Positions 1-10,800 of a stretch of 64,000 nt of DNA are shown here, piece by piece. How positions within the stretch are numbered: the first letter of the stretch is position 1; each line of letters opens with the position of its first letter. The DNA comes from Hemiscyllium ocellatum (Eukaryota): the NCBI RefSeq assembly GCF_020745735.1, contig NC_083407.1:79227857-79291856 (forward strand), given 5' to 3'. The notes below the pieces were generated by a model. That model had not been told where the DNA came from and ran no database searches. It saw only the letters and a program-made list of their open reading frames with translations. Made by a program: the position numbers and the translations under genes.

Positions 1-612
1 GTGTGCTTTCCTTTTTTGGTCAGAGCATTAAGTATAGAAGTTGGGAGGTCATGTTGCAACTGTGCATGTCATTGGTTGGGGCACCTTTGGAATATTGTGT
101 GCAATTCTGATCTTCCTATCAGAAGGATGTTGTGAAACTTGGAAGGGTTCAGAAAAGATTTACAAGGATGTTGCCAGGACTGGAGGTTTTGAGCTATAGG
201 GCGAGGCTGAATAGGCTGTTTTCCCTGGAGCGTCAGAGGCTGAGGGGTGACCGTATAGAGTTTTATAAAATCATAAGGGGCATGGATAGGTAAATAGACA
301 AAGTCTTTCCCCTGGGGTGGGGAATTCCAGAACTAGAGGGCACTGATTTAGGGTGAGAGGGAAAAATTTAAAAGGGACCTAAGGAGAAACTTCTTCATGC
401 AGAGGGTGAAGCGTGTATGGAGTGAGTTGCCAGAGGAGTATTGGAGGCTGGTACAATTACATTCAAAAGACATCTGGTTGGGTATGTGAATAGAAAAGGT
501 TTAGAGGGATATGGACCAAGTACTAGGCAAATGGGACTCGATTAGGTTAGGATATCTGGTTAGCATGGACAAGTTGAACCGAAGGGTCTGTTTCCTTACT
601 GTACATGACTCT
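1..612 (+). mobile_element. CR1-clade LINE, 3' fragment (RT C-terminus + 3' UTR), runs off the window start
   Basis: Decayed 'LEYCVQF...VQKRFTRMLPGLE..SY.ERL' coding trace. Ends in the CR1 3' hairpin/tail ggaccgaagggtctgtttc...atgactcta shared with many other copies here. Confidence 0.85.
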
Positions 613-3600
613 AAGTTCTGTATGATTTCACACTGTTTCCTCTGTGTTTATTGCCATTGAATATTGAATGACAGCTTCTTCAGACTGAAAAGTACCCCAG
701 CCAATATAAATATATTCTCCCATTAAAGATGCCATTACTGACATAGATTTCTGAGTAAAAACTTTTATTGTTAATTGTATAACTCAATACGGCAGAGCTG
801 GGATAAAAGGAACCCAATTAAATTAATTGAAATTTGAAAGTTACTGGATCATACTTTCAAAATGAAGCATCAGTTATCATATCGTGACTTTGTCTCCTTT
901 TACCCCTCCAGAGCATTTTACCTGATGCAGCAACACTTAAGTTATCTCCCGCAATGTAAGAAATGTGAATATTCTGATAATGGAAGAATCCAACAGACAT
1001 TTATTATGGTTGACTATTATATTCAAACTTATATTCACAGTCATATCAGTGTCTGGCAACTTGCCTTTCCTGCTGCTAGTTGCTGTCACTCAACATTATT
1101 GCTGGAGTTTTCTTCTTAACTGTCATAGTGCATGATTGAAGTGTCATACATTGTTGAGCTGGCTTAAGTTCCTATGCAATGTAGCACCATGGTTAGTAAT
1201 GACTTTGTACGATCTGGACTGATTGCATATTTTAAAAACCTTTGCTGATTTTGAATTATTTGTATTTGTAATATGCACTCTGCCCAATGCAAGGTTTAAG
1301 TAGTTCTCTACCTGTTCACTTGTCGCATATCACTTTCTGTTCTGTCTTTGAATAAAAATGAACTTTTTCTTGGAATGTTAAGAACAGTTGATTGCTGGGC
1401 AAGGTTGTTCACACTTTTCTTCCAAGCATAGGTTGTGCTGGCAATGATAATATCTCCTTCGTCAATGTTGCATTTTTAAGCAACAATGTAATATAAACTT
1501 TTTTTGATGTGTGACACTTTATGATAATTGATTCAATGATATTTATCATATGTTCTGTTAGATTGTTTGAGCATGAATAGTGGGATGATAATGTGATATG
1601 GGTCACTTAGTACACCTACCTTGAAACAATTTAGCATCGTACTGTGGTCTATTGTCGGACACTATCTGTCGTGGAATAAAGAATCAGGAATATAATGCTT
1701 ATTATATCAATGAGGGCTGCATTTGTTGTGTTGCTAAGTCATCAAATAATGAGAAATTTAGAGAAGTAATACAAAACAAGGATGTAATGTTCCCTGAGCA
1801 CTGTGACTAGTTCTGTTGCTAATTTTGTCCAAGGAGTGTTTGGAACATCTTGTGGACGTCTAGACTCCCTCTGCCTCTATGGTTGATACATTTTGCATGC
1901 CTCAATTGCATTCACAAGTCATTAAATTTCTTCCCCAGTCAGTGCACAGATTCACATGTTGACCATCTTGAGTGTTCAGTACCAAGTGTCCCTGGTATAA
2001 TATGAACATGATATTGGTGTTAGGACTTATTTGACACTGGAAATGTGTTTTGGTGATGTACCAAGTTTGTCTTTGTATGGCCGAGATGAACAAATCTTCT
2101 TGGGTACTTCTTTAATATTGTCAGGCCATTCCTGAATAATGCTCTTTTGTTTCATGTGTTCGTAGTTGCCAATTGATACTGTTCACATTAGTGTGGCAAA
2201 AGTGTAACAGATCATCATTGAAAACATCTTTAATCTGGTAGTTTAAAGCATCAATGTGTAGATCAAGAAGAACATTTTGTGTGGGTCAAATAATCTGCTC
2301 AACATATTAAACATCATATCCTTGCACCTTGACAAATGGACACTGCAAATGTGGTGGTGCAATCATTAGTGGTCTGTGGCAAATAATTTCTCATTCCATA
2401 TGATCTGTTTCATTGGTGAATTGTTTGCCACATAAGTATGTGTGAAATCACCTGACACCAAATATTAGAACTAATGTCTTTGGCTCTATATTGGAATATT
2501 TGTCGTGCAGAAATAACAGGGGCTTTGAAGCAAAGGTTTCAGGGTTTCTTTTTTAATCTTACAAAGGACTTGCATCTATGCTATTTTATGATACATCCAC
2601 TTCAAGAATCATGAGTTTTCTGTAGTTGTAGTCTTGCCTTCAGCAAGTTTTTGCTGACTGAGCCTGCTTGAGAAAATCAAAGACATATTAGTTCATCTTG
2701 CTACACGTGAAGGATGTTCTTCTTGAGCAGGTCTTTCAGCAGAGATACCTTGTCGATGAAAATCGTATGAAGGTCCCATGAAGTGGATATATAATAAGAG
2801 GACATTGACAAATGTGTGGCATATTAAAGATTGTCTTTTGTCCTGTGTGGTCAGCATTTGTTTAATATCCTTGACTGTAACTGAATTAGGTGGACATCAT
2901 GGTTAGAGTAAATAGACCCAAAGAATTTTAAGTGGCTGTTAAGTACTAACTTGTGTTGTTTCACTGCCATCATCAGAAAGTGAAAATTGTTACCATGCCT
3001 TTGCCTCACCTTTGACTGCAATATGGTCAGCTATGAAAACAGACAGGCACATTCTCAATAATTTAACCTGTGCATTGCTGGAATAGATCTCAACTAATCT
3101 GCAGTCTGAATGGCAAGTGTCAGAAACAGTACCATCAAAATGATAGAGAAGGATAATTAACTGGGGAGAACCAGTTTCAGTTCAATAAATAATTTCGCTG
3201 GACTAAATAAATTGGTAGGAAAATCAAGCTGAATAATGGGCTAGTTTCAAAGAATTGATGGTTTGAGTATAGTCATGGTATATTTCCCCAAAAGAAAACA
3301 TGATGGTAAACAAATCTAGAGCTCCCTCGATGATAAAGGGGACAGGAATTAATATAAAGAAGGATAAAGTGTGCTTATGACAAGTATGTGATTGTTGACT
3401 GATTCAATCCTGTTACATGTTGTTCCACCTCAGTGAATGCAGTTTGAATAACATCATCCTATTTCCTTATGAATTAAATGTTGTACACCCAAATGTGCTA
3501 CAGTTAGTAGATTATATTTGTAAATGTGATTAAGATTTGGTAGATCAAATAATTTTTTAAGGGAAACTCTTTCCAGTGCAGTTATTACAGTACAAATTTA

Positions 3601-4204
3601 ATGTACTTGTCACAAGAGCCAAGGTGACGTTACAAAAAAATGCGCCATTATTGTGGTGCAGCACTGCTTGAAAAGGTGCTGGAAGCAGATTCAAATGTTT
3701 TCAAGCATAAGTTCTCAAAGGTTGCTCCTGTGGTGAAATTATTTGAGGGCTTTTGTGATGCAGTGATAGTGTCCCATCTCTAGGCCAAAAGAACCGAGTT
3801 CAAGTTTCAGCTGCTTCCGAATGTCATATAACATGTCTGAATGGATTGACTAAAAGTAATTAAATATTTAAAGGCTAGAGACTGCAGGGAGGGAAATATG
3901 ATAGTAGCTTTACACGTGTATCCTTCCAAGGATTTTTTTTTTAAAAAGTTCGCCTTGCATTTCATACATTTTTTGTAAAATACTCTGATAGTTGTAGGTT
4001 AAATAACCCAGAAGTCTTGATAAAGTTATTTGTCTTTGCAAGCAACATAACTCGACTTTTACACCAAATTTCTTGATTTTTAAAGTTTGAGAGAGTGGTA
4101 TTGGCATGTCTGAAGTTCTGGGATGACATTTCCTCGTACAATGATCGATGTCTTAAAAATCCAAGTTTTAAGTTGAGTGAATATTCCACACTGGTAGTTT
4201 TTGA

Positions 4205-4362
4205 AAGCAGGCGGTACCTTCGGAAAGGGACAAGAGTTGTCGGCGGAAATCTGTTAGTGTTGGTGCATTGAGAGCGGCGGAAGAAGTTTGTCGGAGCTGT
4301 TTTAGTGCGGGACTCTCCAGGTCAAGTGGCTGAAAATTGGAAAGGTGCTGCAGTATAGGTGG
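4205..4362 (+). promoter_or_regulatory. ADAT3: Probable ADAT3 promoter / non-coding exon 1
   Basis: Local CpG cluster in CpG-poor DNA with three CGGAA ETS-type motifs (4221, 4244, 4278). Candidate donors are TAG|GTGGGT (GT 4359) and GG|GTGAGG (GT 4363). A matching acceptor lies just before the ADAT3 ATG. Confidence 0.55.
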
Positions 4363-4544
4363 GTGAGGGGCATCGAGAGTTGTAGCTGGTGGAAAAACAG
4401 CAGCAATATAGACCTATTTGGGACCTAGTTATTTGATATTACCTTGGTTTTAAGCCCTTTACAGAAATATATTGATTCGCTCCCGACCAGTATAATTTTG
4501 ATAGTGAGAGCCTGTAAGAATGTATAACTCACACTGTTACGACG

Positions 4545-5010
4545 AGGGACAAAATTAAATTGGAGAGGGTTCAGCAGAGATTTGCCAGGATATTACTAGG
4601 ACTGGAAAGTTTTAGTTATAAGGGTACACTGGGACTTTTTTCACTGGAGCTTGAGGTTGAGAGTGACTTTACGGAGATTTGTAAAATCATGAGAGACAAA
4701 TAAGGTGAATAGCAAAGGTGTTTTCCCTAGGATGGAGGAGTTCAAAAGTTGGTGGTATTTTTAACTGAGAGGAGAAAGATGTAAAAGGGAGACGAGGGCA
4801 ACTTTTTCCACACACAGGGTGGCTCATATGTCGAATGAACTGCAAGAGAAAGCGGTTGAGGCAGATATAGACATTTGGATAGGTACACGAATTAATGAAA
4901 AGTTTAAAGAGAGTTGGGCTAAATGCAGGCAAGTGGGACTAGTTTAATTTGGGAACTTGGTTGGCATGGACAAGTTAGACTGAAGGGTCTGTTTCTGTGC
5001 GGTATGACTG
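4545..5010 (+). mobile_element. CR1 LINE 3' fragment
   Basis: Same RT C-terminal trace and 3' tail (gactgaagggtctgtttctgtgc...atgact) as the other copies. Confidence 0.8.
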
Positions 5011-6069
5011 AAGAACATAGAACAATACAGCACAGAACAGGCTCTTCGGCCCACGATGTTGTGCCGAACATTTGTCCTAGCTTAAGCACCTGTCCATGTA
5101 CCTATCCAACTTTCTGATAATCTGGCTCATTTTAGTGCTTCCTTTCATTAAGACTTCCATGCATTGTTCACATCCCCTCAAAATATAGTATATACAATAA
5201 GTCATTGAGTGATATTTGGATATCCACTTCAAATACTCAAACTTCATCTCAAGTTGTGTTCAGTCTTTCTTAAACAATTTCCTTATTATTTGCTAAGTTC
5301 ACTTTTTACTGGTTTGAATGGGTGACATGTTCTACTTTTGCAATGTAGGAGTAGATTTTTTTCTACTTCAGTTTAAGGAATATCTTGGATTTAACATTTC
5401 CAGCTCTTTAATTATCTGTTGTTCCTCTTATACTTATCCCAAATGTAATTTCTTGACTGAAAAGTCCAAGCTACTCCCACTTTTTTTTAGCATGAATATG
5501 ACTCAAGGAGCAAATGTTGTGTCCCTTCACAGCACCACTTCTAGTACTTGGATGCCTGCTTGCTTCTCAGAACTGCAGTTCACCACTTCCTTTGTCTCAT
5601 CTTCTTGTGGCTGTGTATTTCAACATTTTGCTAGCTTTATTAATTACTGGTTCAGCAGAGCAGTACTTTTAAGGCTTCTAACCATCCTTGAGCCTATATG
5701 TATTCCCACCTACTTCTACATCATTTGATGAGACCATATCAGCTCTCCTTTATTTGTGCAGTGATACCATAAGATAATGATCATACACCAGGTTATAGTC
5801 CCAACAGGTTCATTTGGAAGCACAAGCTTTCAGATTGCTGCTACTTCATCAGGTAACTGTGAAGCAGGATCATAAGACAGAATTTATAGCAAAAGATTAG
5901 TGTCATGAAACTGAAATGATCTGTTGAACAAATCTAGATTGTTAAGTCTTACATCTTTTAGAATGGGTTGTAATTTTCATGATTTGGAGATGCTGGGGTT
6001 GGACTGGGATGTACAAAGTTAAAAATCACACAACACCAGGTTATAGTTGAATGGGTTTAATTGGGAGCA

Positions 6070-6104
6070 CACTAGCTTTCGGAGCGCCTCTCCTTCATCA
6101 GGTG
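6070..6104 (-). ncRNA. Minimal type-I hammerhead ribozyme motif, core intact
   Basis: Minus strand reads CAC CUGAUGA A GGAG-aggcg-CUCC GAAA GCUA GUG: stem I CAC/GUG, stem II 4 bp, palindromic helix III AGCU, CUA cleavage triplet. Confidence 0.7.
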
Positions 6105-6250
6105 GTTGTGGAGGACATAATTGTAAGGCACATTGTATAGCAAAAGTTTACAGTGTGATGTAATTGAAATTATACATTATATATTTTTCAATCACATCAC
6201 ACTAAACTTTTGCTACAAATTCTGTGCCTTACAATTGTGTCCTCCACAAC

Positions 6251-6285
6251 CACCTGATGAAGGAGCGGTGCTCCGAAAGCTACTG
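6251..6285 (+). ncRNA. Minimal hammerhead motif, stem I first pair broken
   Basis: CAC CUGAUGA A GGAGC-ggu-GCUCC GAAA GCUA cUG. Confidence 0.6.
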
Positions 6286-6504
6286 TGCTTCCAATTAAAC
6301 CTGTTCGACTATAACCTGGTATGTGATTTTTAACATAAGTTTCGGTTCATTAGTATAATTAATATAACATTAATGAACTGAAACCCTCAACCCATTCTAA
6401 AAGATGAAAGACTTAACAACAATTTCGGTTCAGTAGATGATTTCAGTTGCATGACACTGTAATCTTTACTATAAAATCTGTGTCTTATGATCCTGCTCCA
6501 CAGC

Positions 6505-6539
6505 CACCTGATGAAGGAACAGCGCTCTGAAAGTTAGTG
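6505..6539 (+). ncRNA. Minimal hammerhead motif, decayed stem II
   Basis: CAC CUGAUGA A GGAAC-agc-GCUCU GAAA GUUA GUG. Confidence 0.5.
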
Positions 6540-7237
6540 CTTCCAAATAAATCTGTTGAACTATAATCTGGTGTTGTGATTTTTAACTTTGTCCACCCCA
6601 GTCCAACACCGGCTCCTCCACATCATGAGATAGAGATTTTCATCTATCATTGGAAATAGGAATGGTTAATTTTAGTATGATCAATCATTGCAGGACCTCT
6701 GTATGTTTCTGATGCCTTGCCTGCAAATTACATATTCTGCTCATTATTGTTAGTGCCAAAGAACATTTGCATGAGCTGTAAATATATCTTCTGAAGATAG
6801 GTATGATTCACCAACGTTAATTTATTGCTTGAAATAAATGTCAAAGCCCAGCTGGAAATATATGTTCATGATTGTGAGTAAGAAAATTAAAAATATTCTA
6901 TTTGTCAGCATCAACATCCCTGGCCTTGATGGACACAAACTTTTATTAAAGTTTCAATAAAGAGTCAAGATAGGTTGATTATTTGCTCTGTACAAACTTA
7001 CTTTCAAGTCAAAATAGGAGCATCAAGTTGACTGAGACTGTGAAACTTTGTCATCTAACGTACCCCAAATTAATTTGCAACTCGAAAATCTGTTCATATT
7101 ATTGTTTACTGCTATGCTATTGAAAAAAGATGATACAACTTTTGGACTAGATTTAATAAGTTCTTAACTCTTTTACTATAACCTCCTCTTCTGACTCTTA
7201 TTATTACAAATCTCCCATTTCTTATTTTGAAGGCATA

Positions 7238-8287
7238 ATGGAGCCACAGTGCAAAAAGCAAAAAACAAGCGTACTTAGCACATTTACTTGGGAGGTGACG
7301 CCTGTCCTTTCAGATGAAAAGTTATGTGAAGTTGAACTTCTGGAAGCATTTGCAGCCCCTATTATCAATAAAAAACAAACATCTTGTCTTATCAAACAAT
7401 TGACTTGTCTCTATCCACTGAACAACCTTCCACATATCAAGAGAGTACGAAACTGCAGGGACAAGAGTGAGCATCCTTTGGAAATCATCATTTGCTTACT
7501 CCAGGATATACCAAATAGAGAAGTATCTCTCAATGACCTTTTTCCTGAAGGAAAGGCTGATGGACTTGGAGAACCTTTTCGGGTCAGAATACCAGCATAC
7601 CAACCATTGACTAGATCTCAATTTGAAGTAGCTAGCCAGCACTGGCCAACAACTTTTCGTGAAAACAAACAAGTGACTGATGCCCTCCAAGGTCACCTTT
7701 TTAACACTGAAGAGAAAGCAAAAATGCAGACATTTATGGAAAAAGCTATTGAAGCAGCTACTGTTGGAAAGAAAATGGGAATGGAGCCAGTCGGTGCTGT
7801 GATTGTTAACCCAGCCACTGATGAGGTGGTTGCAGTAGGTCATGATTGCAGAAATGGACCAAATCCACTACTCCATGCAGTTATGGTGTGTATTGATCTA
7901 GTCGCCTACAGTCAAGGTGGTGGTGCTTTTAATCATAACAAATATCATAACTGTTGTTTTAAGGCAGTGGAATCCTTTCCTGGTGAACATGCAATCAACA
8001 TTGGTAAACCTTTGCTTCCTTCAAACGATCATAGTCTCAGAGGAAATATTGTAAATGTGTTGCCCTACATATGCACTGGTTATGACCTGTATGTTTCAAG
8101 AGAACCATGTGTAATGTGTGCAATGGCATTGGTCCATTCCAGAATACGCAGAGTGTTTTATGCAACATCATTTCCTGATGGAGCATTGGGCACTAAATAC
8201 AAAATACACACAAAAAAGGATCTTAATCACCATTATGATGTTTTTAAAGGATTGATGGAAGATGAATGTCAGTTTCTTTTGTCTTAG
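7238..8287 (+). CDS. ADAT3: tRNA-specific adenosine-34 deaminase, catalytically inactive subunit ADAT3 (Tad3), single coding exon
   Basis: 349-aa intact ORF. N-terminal 'LPHIKRVR' and 'PLTRSQF...HWPT' motifs, and a deaminase fold with HAV (7874-7882, Val in place of the catalytic Glu), 'YICTGYDLY..REPCVMCAMALVHSRI' and 'LNHHY'. Acceptor ttattttgaAG at 7231-7232, 5 nt before the ATG. Confidence 0.95.
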   Translation: MEPQCKKQKTSVLSTFTWEVTPVLSDEKLCEVELLEAFAAPIINKKQTSCLIKQLTCLYPLNNLPHIKRVRNCRDKSEHPLEIIICLLQDIPNREVSLNDLFPEGKADGLGEPFRVRIPAYQPLTRSQFEVASQHWPTTFRENKQVTDALQGHLFNTEEKAKMQTFMEKAIEAATVGKKMGMEPVGAVIVNPATDEVVAVGHDCRNGPNPLLHAVMVCIDLVAYSQGGGAFNHNKYHNCCFKAVESFPGEHAINIGKPLLPSNDHSLRGNIVNVLPYICTGYDLYVSREPCVMCAMALVHSRIRRVFYATSFPDGALGTKYKIHTKKDLNHHYDVFKGLMEDECQFLLS

Positions 8288-8513
8288 TTTTACACAGCCA
8301 TTTGCTCATGGAAAAAAATTATTTTTTTCGGTATATGAGTTTTTAAAATGCATTCCATTTTACATAATATTAATTCTAATGGAGTACCAATTCTTAAGAA
8401 TTCCATGAAAATATTTGTTTTGAATAACAATTTTTTGATTTTAATTTTTAAACAATTCAATTTTATATTAATGTACAAAAAAATCATGGCATAAGGGTCA
8501 GCAACAAAAGTAG

Positions 8514-8602
8514 AATAAAACCAAAGTTTTCTGAGAAACAGAATTGAATGCAATAGTCTGGGCAGAGAATAATAAAATCAGTTGTAAAGTTTGTATATGT
8601 TG
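8514..8602 (+). terminator. Candidate ADAT3 polyadenylation signals
   Basis: AATAAA at 8514 and 8571, the second followed by a GT-rich tract (8581-8602). Confidence 0.45.
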
Positions 8603-9296
8603 AGCAGGAAAAGCCTCAGCTAATGAATCAAATATTTTATTTGAAAGAAGTGAATGTTTAAATCAACAGTTTAGGTATCATGAGTATTTTGGCAATTGCA
8701 TGGAACAAGTGAAAACAGTCAAAGAGTAGGGCTGAAAATATTTTAAAAGTTATGAGGGATGTGACTAGTAGGCATAGAGGGAAAGTGATTCAGGGGATGC
8801 AATTATGGCGGCTCAAGGAGTCATCATCAATAGTGAAATGAGGAGCAGGAACTGTGTTATAATGGCAGGGTTTATATACTTCTTACCTCCAGTTTTCCTT
8901 TGATGCCAAAGGTGGGAACAAGGATCTTCAAATCACGTGGGGTGCTACTAATTCTGGAAAGCTTGGATGTGTGGGTCTCAGTCTAGATGAGAATATTGCT
9001 GCGATGTCCTGTTTAATGTATGCTGCACAGAAATGGAGAAAGTCAACAGGGAGTGCTGGAGAAACTTATGCATAACTGAGGCATAAGTTACAGTTTCTAC
9101 AAAATGAAAGAAGTTCAGAGATGAGAAATATGTAGGGCTTGATCAAGCAGCCTCATTAACAATCAAAGAAGTGGAGATTTGGCCTAGTAGTGTGCTTTTT
9201 TTTGACACAATGTATATAATTTGCTTACGAAACTTGCAGTTTACAATATCCAAGTATACTGGCAAAGATGAAAAAGCAGTCCACGATTAGAAGTGG

Positions 9297-9399
9297 GAGA
9301 AAGTGAGGACTGCAGAACAAAGGCTTATGCGTGAAACGTCGATTCTCCTGCACCTTGGATGCTACCTGACCTGCTGCACTTTTCCAGCAACACATTTTT
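9297..9399 (+). mobile_element. Short Penelope-pLTR-derived insertion (truncated hammerhead, short inverted tail)
   Basis: ggcttatgcgtGAAACGTCgattctcctg...ttccagc, preceded by inverted tail sequence. Flanked by an imperfect 15-bp direct repeat (9282-9296 / 9400-9414). Confidence 0.6.
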
Positions 9400-9904
9400 C
9401 ATGACTAGACGTGGTTGAGCCTCAAATTTCACAGGTACTCATGCTATCCTCTGTCTTATTTCTTCCCACTGAGGCCTGGTCTCTCCACAAAAGCAGATCC
9501 CTCGTTTATCCTACCCTCTGGAATACATACCATACTAATCTTTAACCTATGATTTTAACAGTAAAGAACAGTAATTTTTGATTCTCACACTCCTTTTAGT
9601 GCAAAGTTATAGTTGTTGGATATTTAAAATCAAAAGGACAAGTGTTGGATTGTTTTGAAAGGAAAAGATAAAGAAAAGTGTGGCCTTTCATCATTTGCAA
9701 TGTGCAAATCAAAGGAGATGAAGGCAAGACATTAGGTATGTGAACACCCTCATCTCTCAGCTGTGACTACAATACCAGTGAAGCCTATTTCAGTAGTACT
9801 GCAGAAAAATTAATAAAATCATTTTCATTCTGGCTGCATTTTTACTCTCCATGTTATTTGAACAGTGAATGAGGCCTGTGGCACAGTTGATAAGATTGAT
9901 AGAA

Positions 9905-10800
9905 TTAGGATAGTGAAGACTGTTTGGTATGCTTGCCTTTATTAGTGCAGTGAAAGGGAGGACCACAGATACTGGAGATCAGAGTCTAGATTAGAGTGGT
10001 GCTGGAAAAGCATAGCAGGTCAGGCAGCATCCTAGGAGCAGGAAAATCGACATTTCGGGCAAAATCCCTTCATGAGGAATGAAGGGCTTTTGCCCGAAAT
10101 GTCTATTTTCCTGCTCCTTGGATGCTGCCTGACCTGCTGTGCTTTTCCAGCACCATTCTAATCTAGACCCTGCCTTTATTACTGCATTGAGTATAGAGTT
10201 GGGAGGTTTTGTTACAGCTGTACAGGACATTGGTTAGGCCACTTTTAGAATACAACATACAATTCTGGTCTCCCTGCTGTAGGAAGGATGTTATGAAACT
10301 TGAAAGAATTCACAAGGATGTTGCTCGGGCTGGAGGGTTTGAGCTGTAGGAAGAGGCTGAATAGACAATATTTTCCCTGCAATGTCAAAAAACTTTAGTT
10401 ATGAAGAGATTGGATAGACTGGGGTTGTTTTCCATTGGAGCAGAGGAGAGTTGGGGAGAAGATGGAGTACATGATGGAGATGTATAAAATTGAGGGGCAT
10501 AGGCAGGGTAGATAGGAAGGAAACTTTCTCCTTGGTAGAGGAAACAATGACCGGGTACTTAGCTTTCAGGTAAGGGGCAGGAAATTTACAGAGGATGTGA
10601 AGACAAAGATTTTCATGCAGAGGATGGTGGGAATCTGAAACTTAGTGAAGGTGTTTGAGACAAAAACCCTCAGTATTTTAGTGATATTTAGATATAGTCT
10701 TGTATGCCTTGGCATAGCAAGTATAAGGACAGAGTTCTGGAAAATGGGATTAGAATAGTTAGGTTGTTTTTGCCTAAAAGCCCTTTTTATACTGTAAACC
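9905..10800 (+). mobile_element. CR1 LINE fragments interrupted by a pLTR-derived insertion
   Basis: 'FGMLAFI....EYRVG...LYRTLVRPLLEY' trace split at 9950-10170, followed by further CR1 3' sequence. Confidence 0.75.
9950..10170. mobile_element. Inverted-dimer Penelope-pLTR element with 16-bp TSD
   Basis: Arms 9984-10073 and 10079-10168 are reverse complements. TSD tgcctttatta(g/c)tgca at 9934-9949 and 10171-10186. Confidence 0.85.

Larger units (their letters stand above)
5780..6627. mobile_element. Two nested palindromic Penelope-pLTR-like non-autonomous elements carrying four hammerhead motifs
   Basis: Outer arms ~5780-5972 and ~6385-6627 are reverse complements. The inner element ~5977-6335 has its own inverted arms around an AT spacer at ~6165-6190. 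Each arm has a CTGATGA...GAAAG(C/T)T motif. Confidence 0.75.

Noticed and set aside
640-3500. Possible last exon/3' UTR of an upstream gene (acceptor-like gacAG at ~674, AATAAA at 1351 and 1675), or OSGEPL1 exons expected from human synteny
   Set aside because: No translation in either direction matched a protein I recognise, so it cannot be supported without transcript data.
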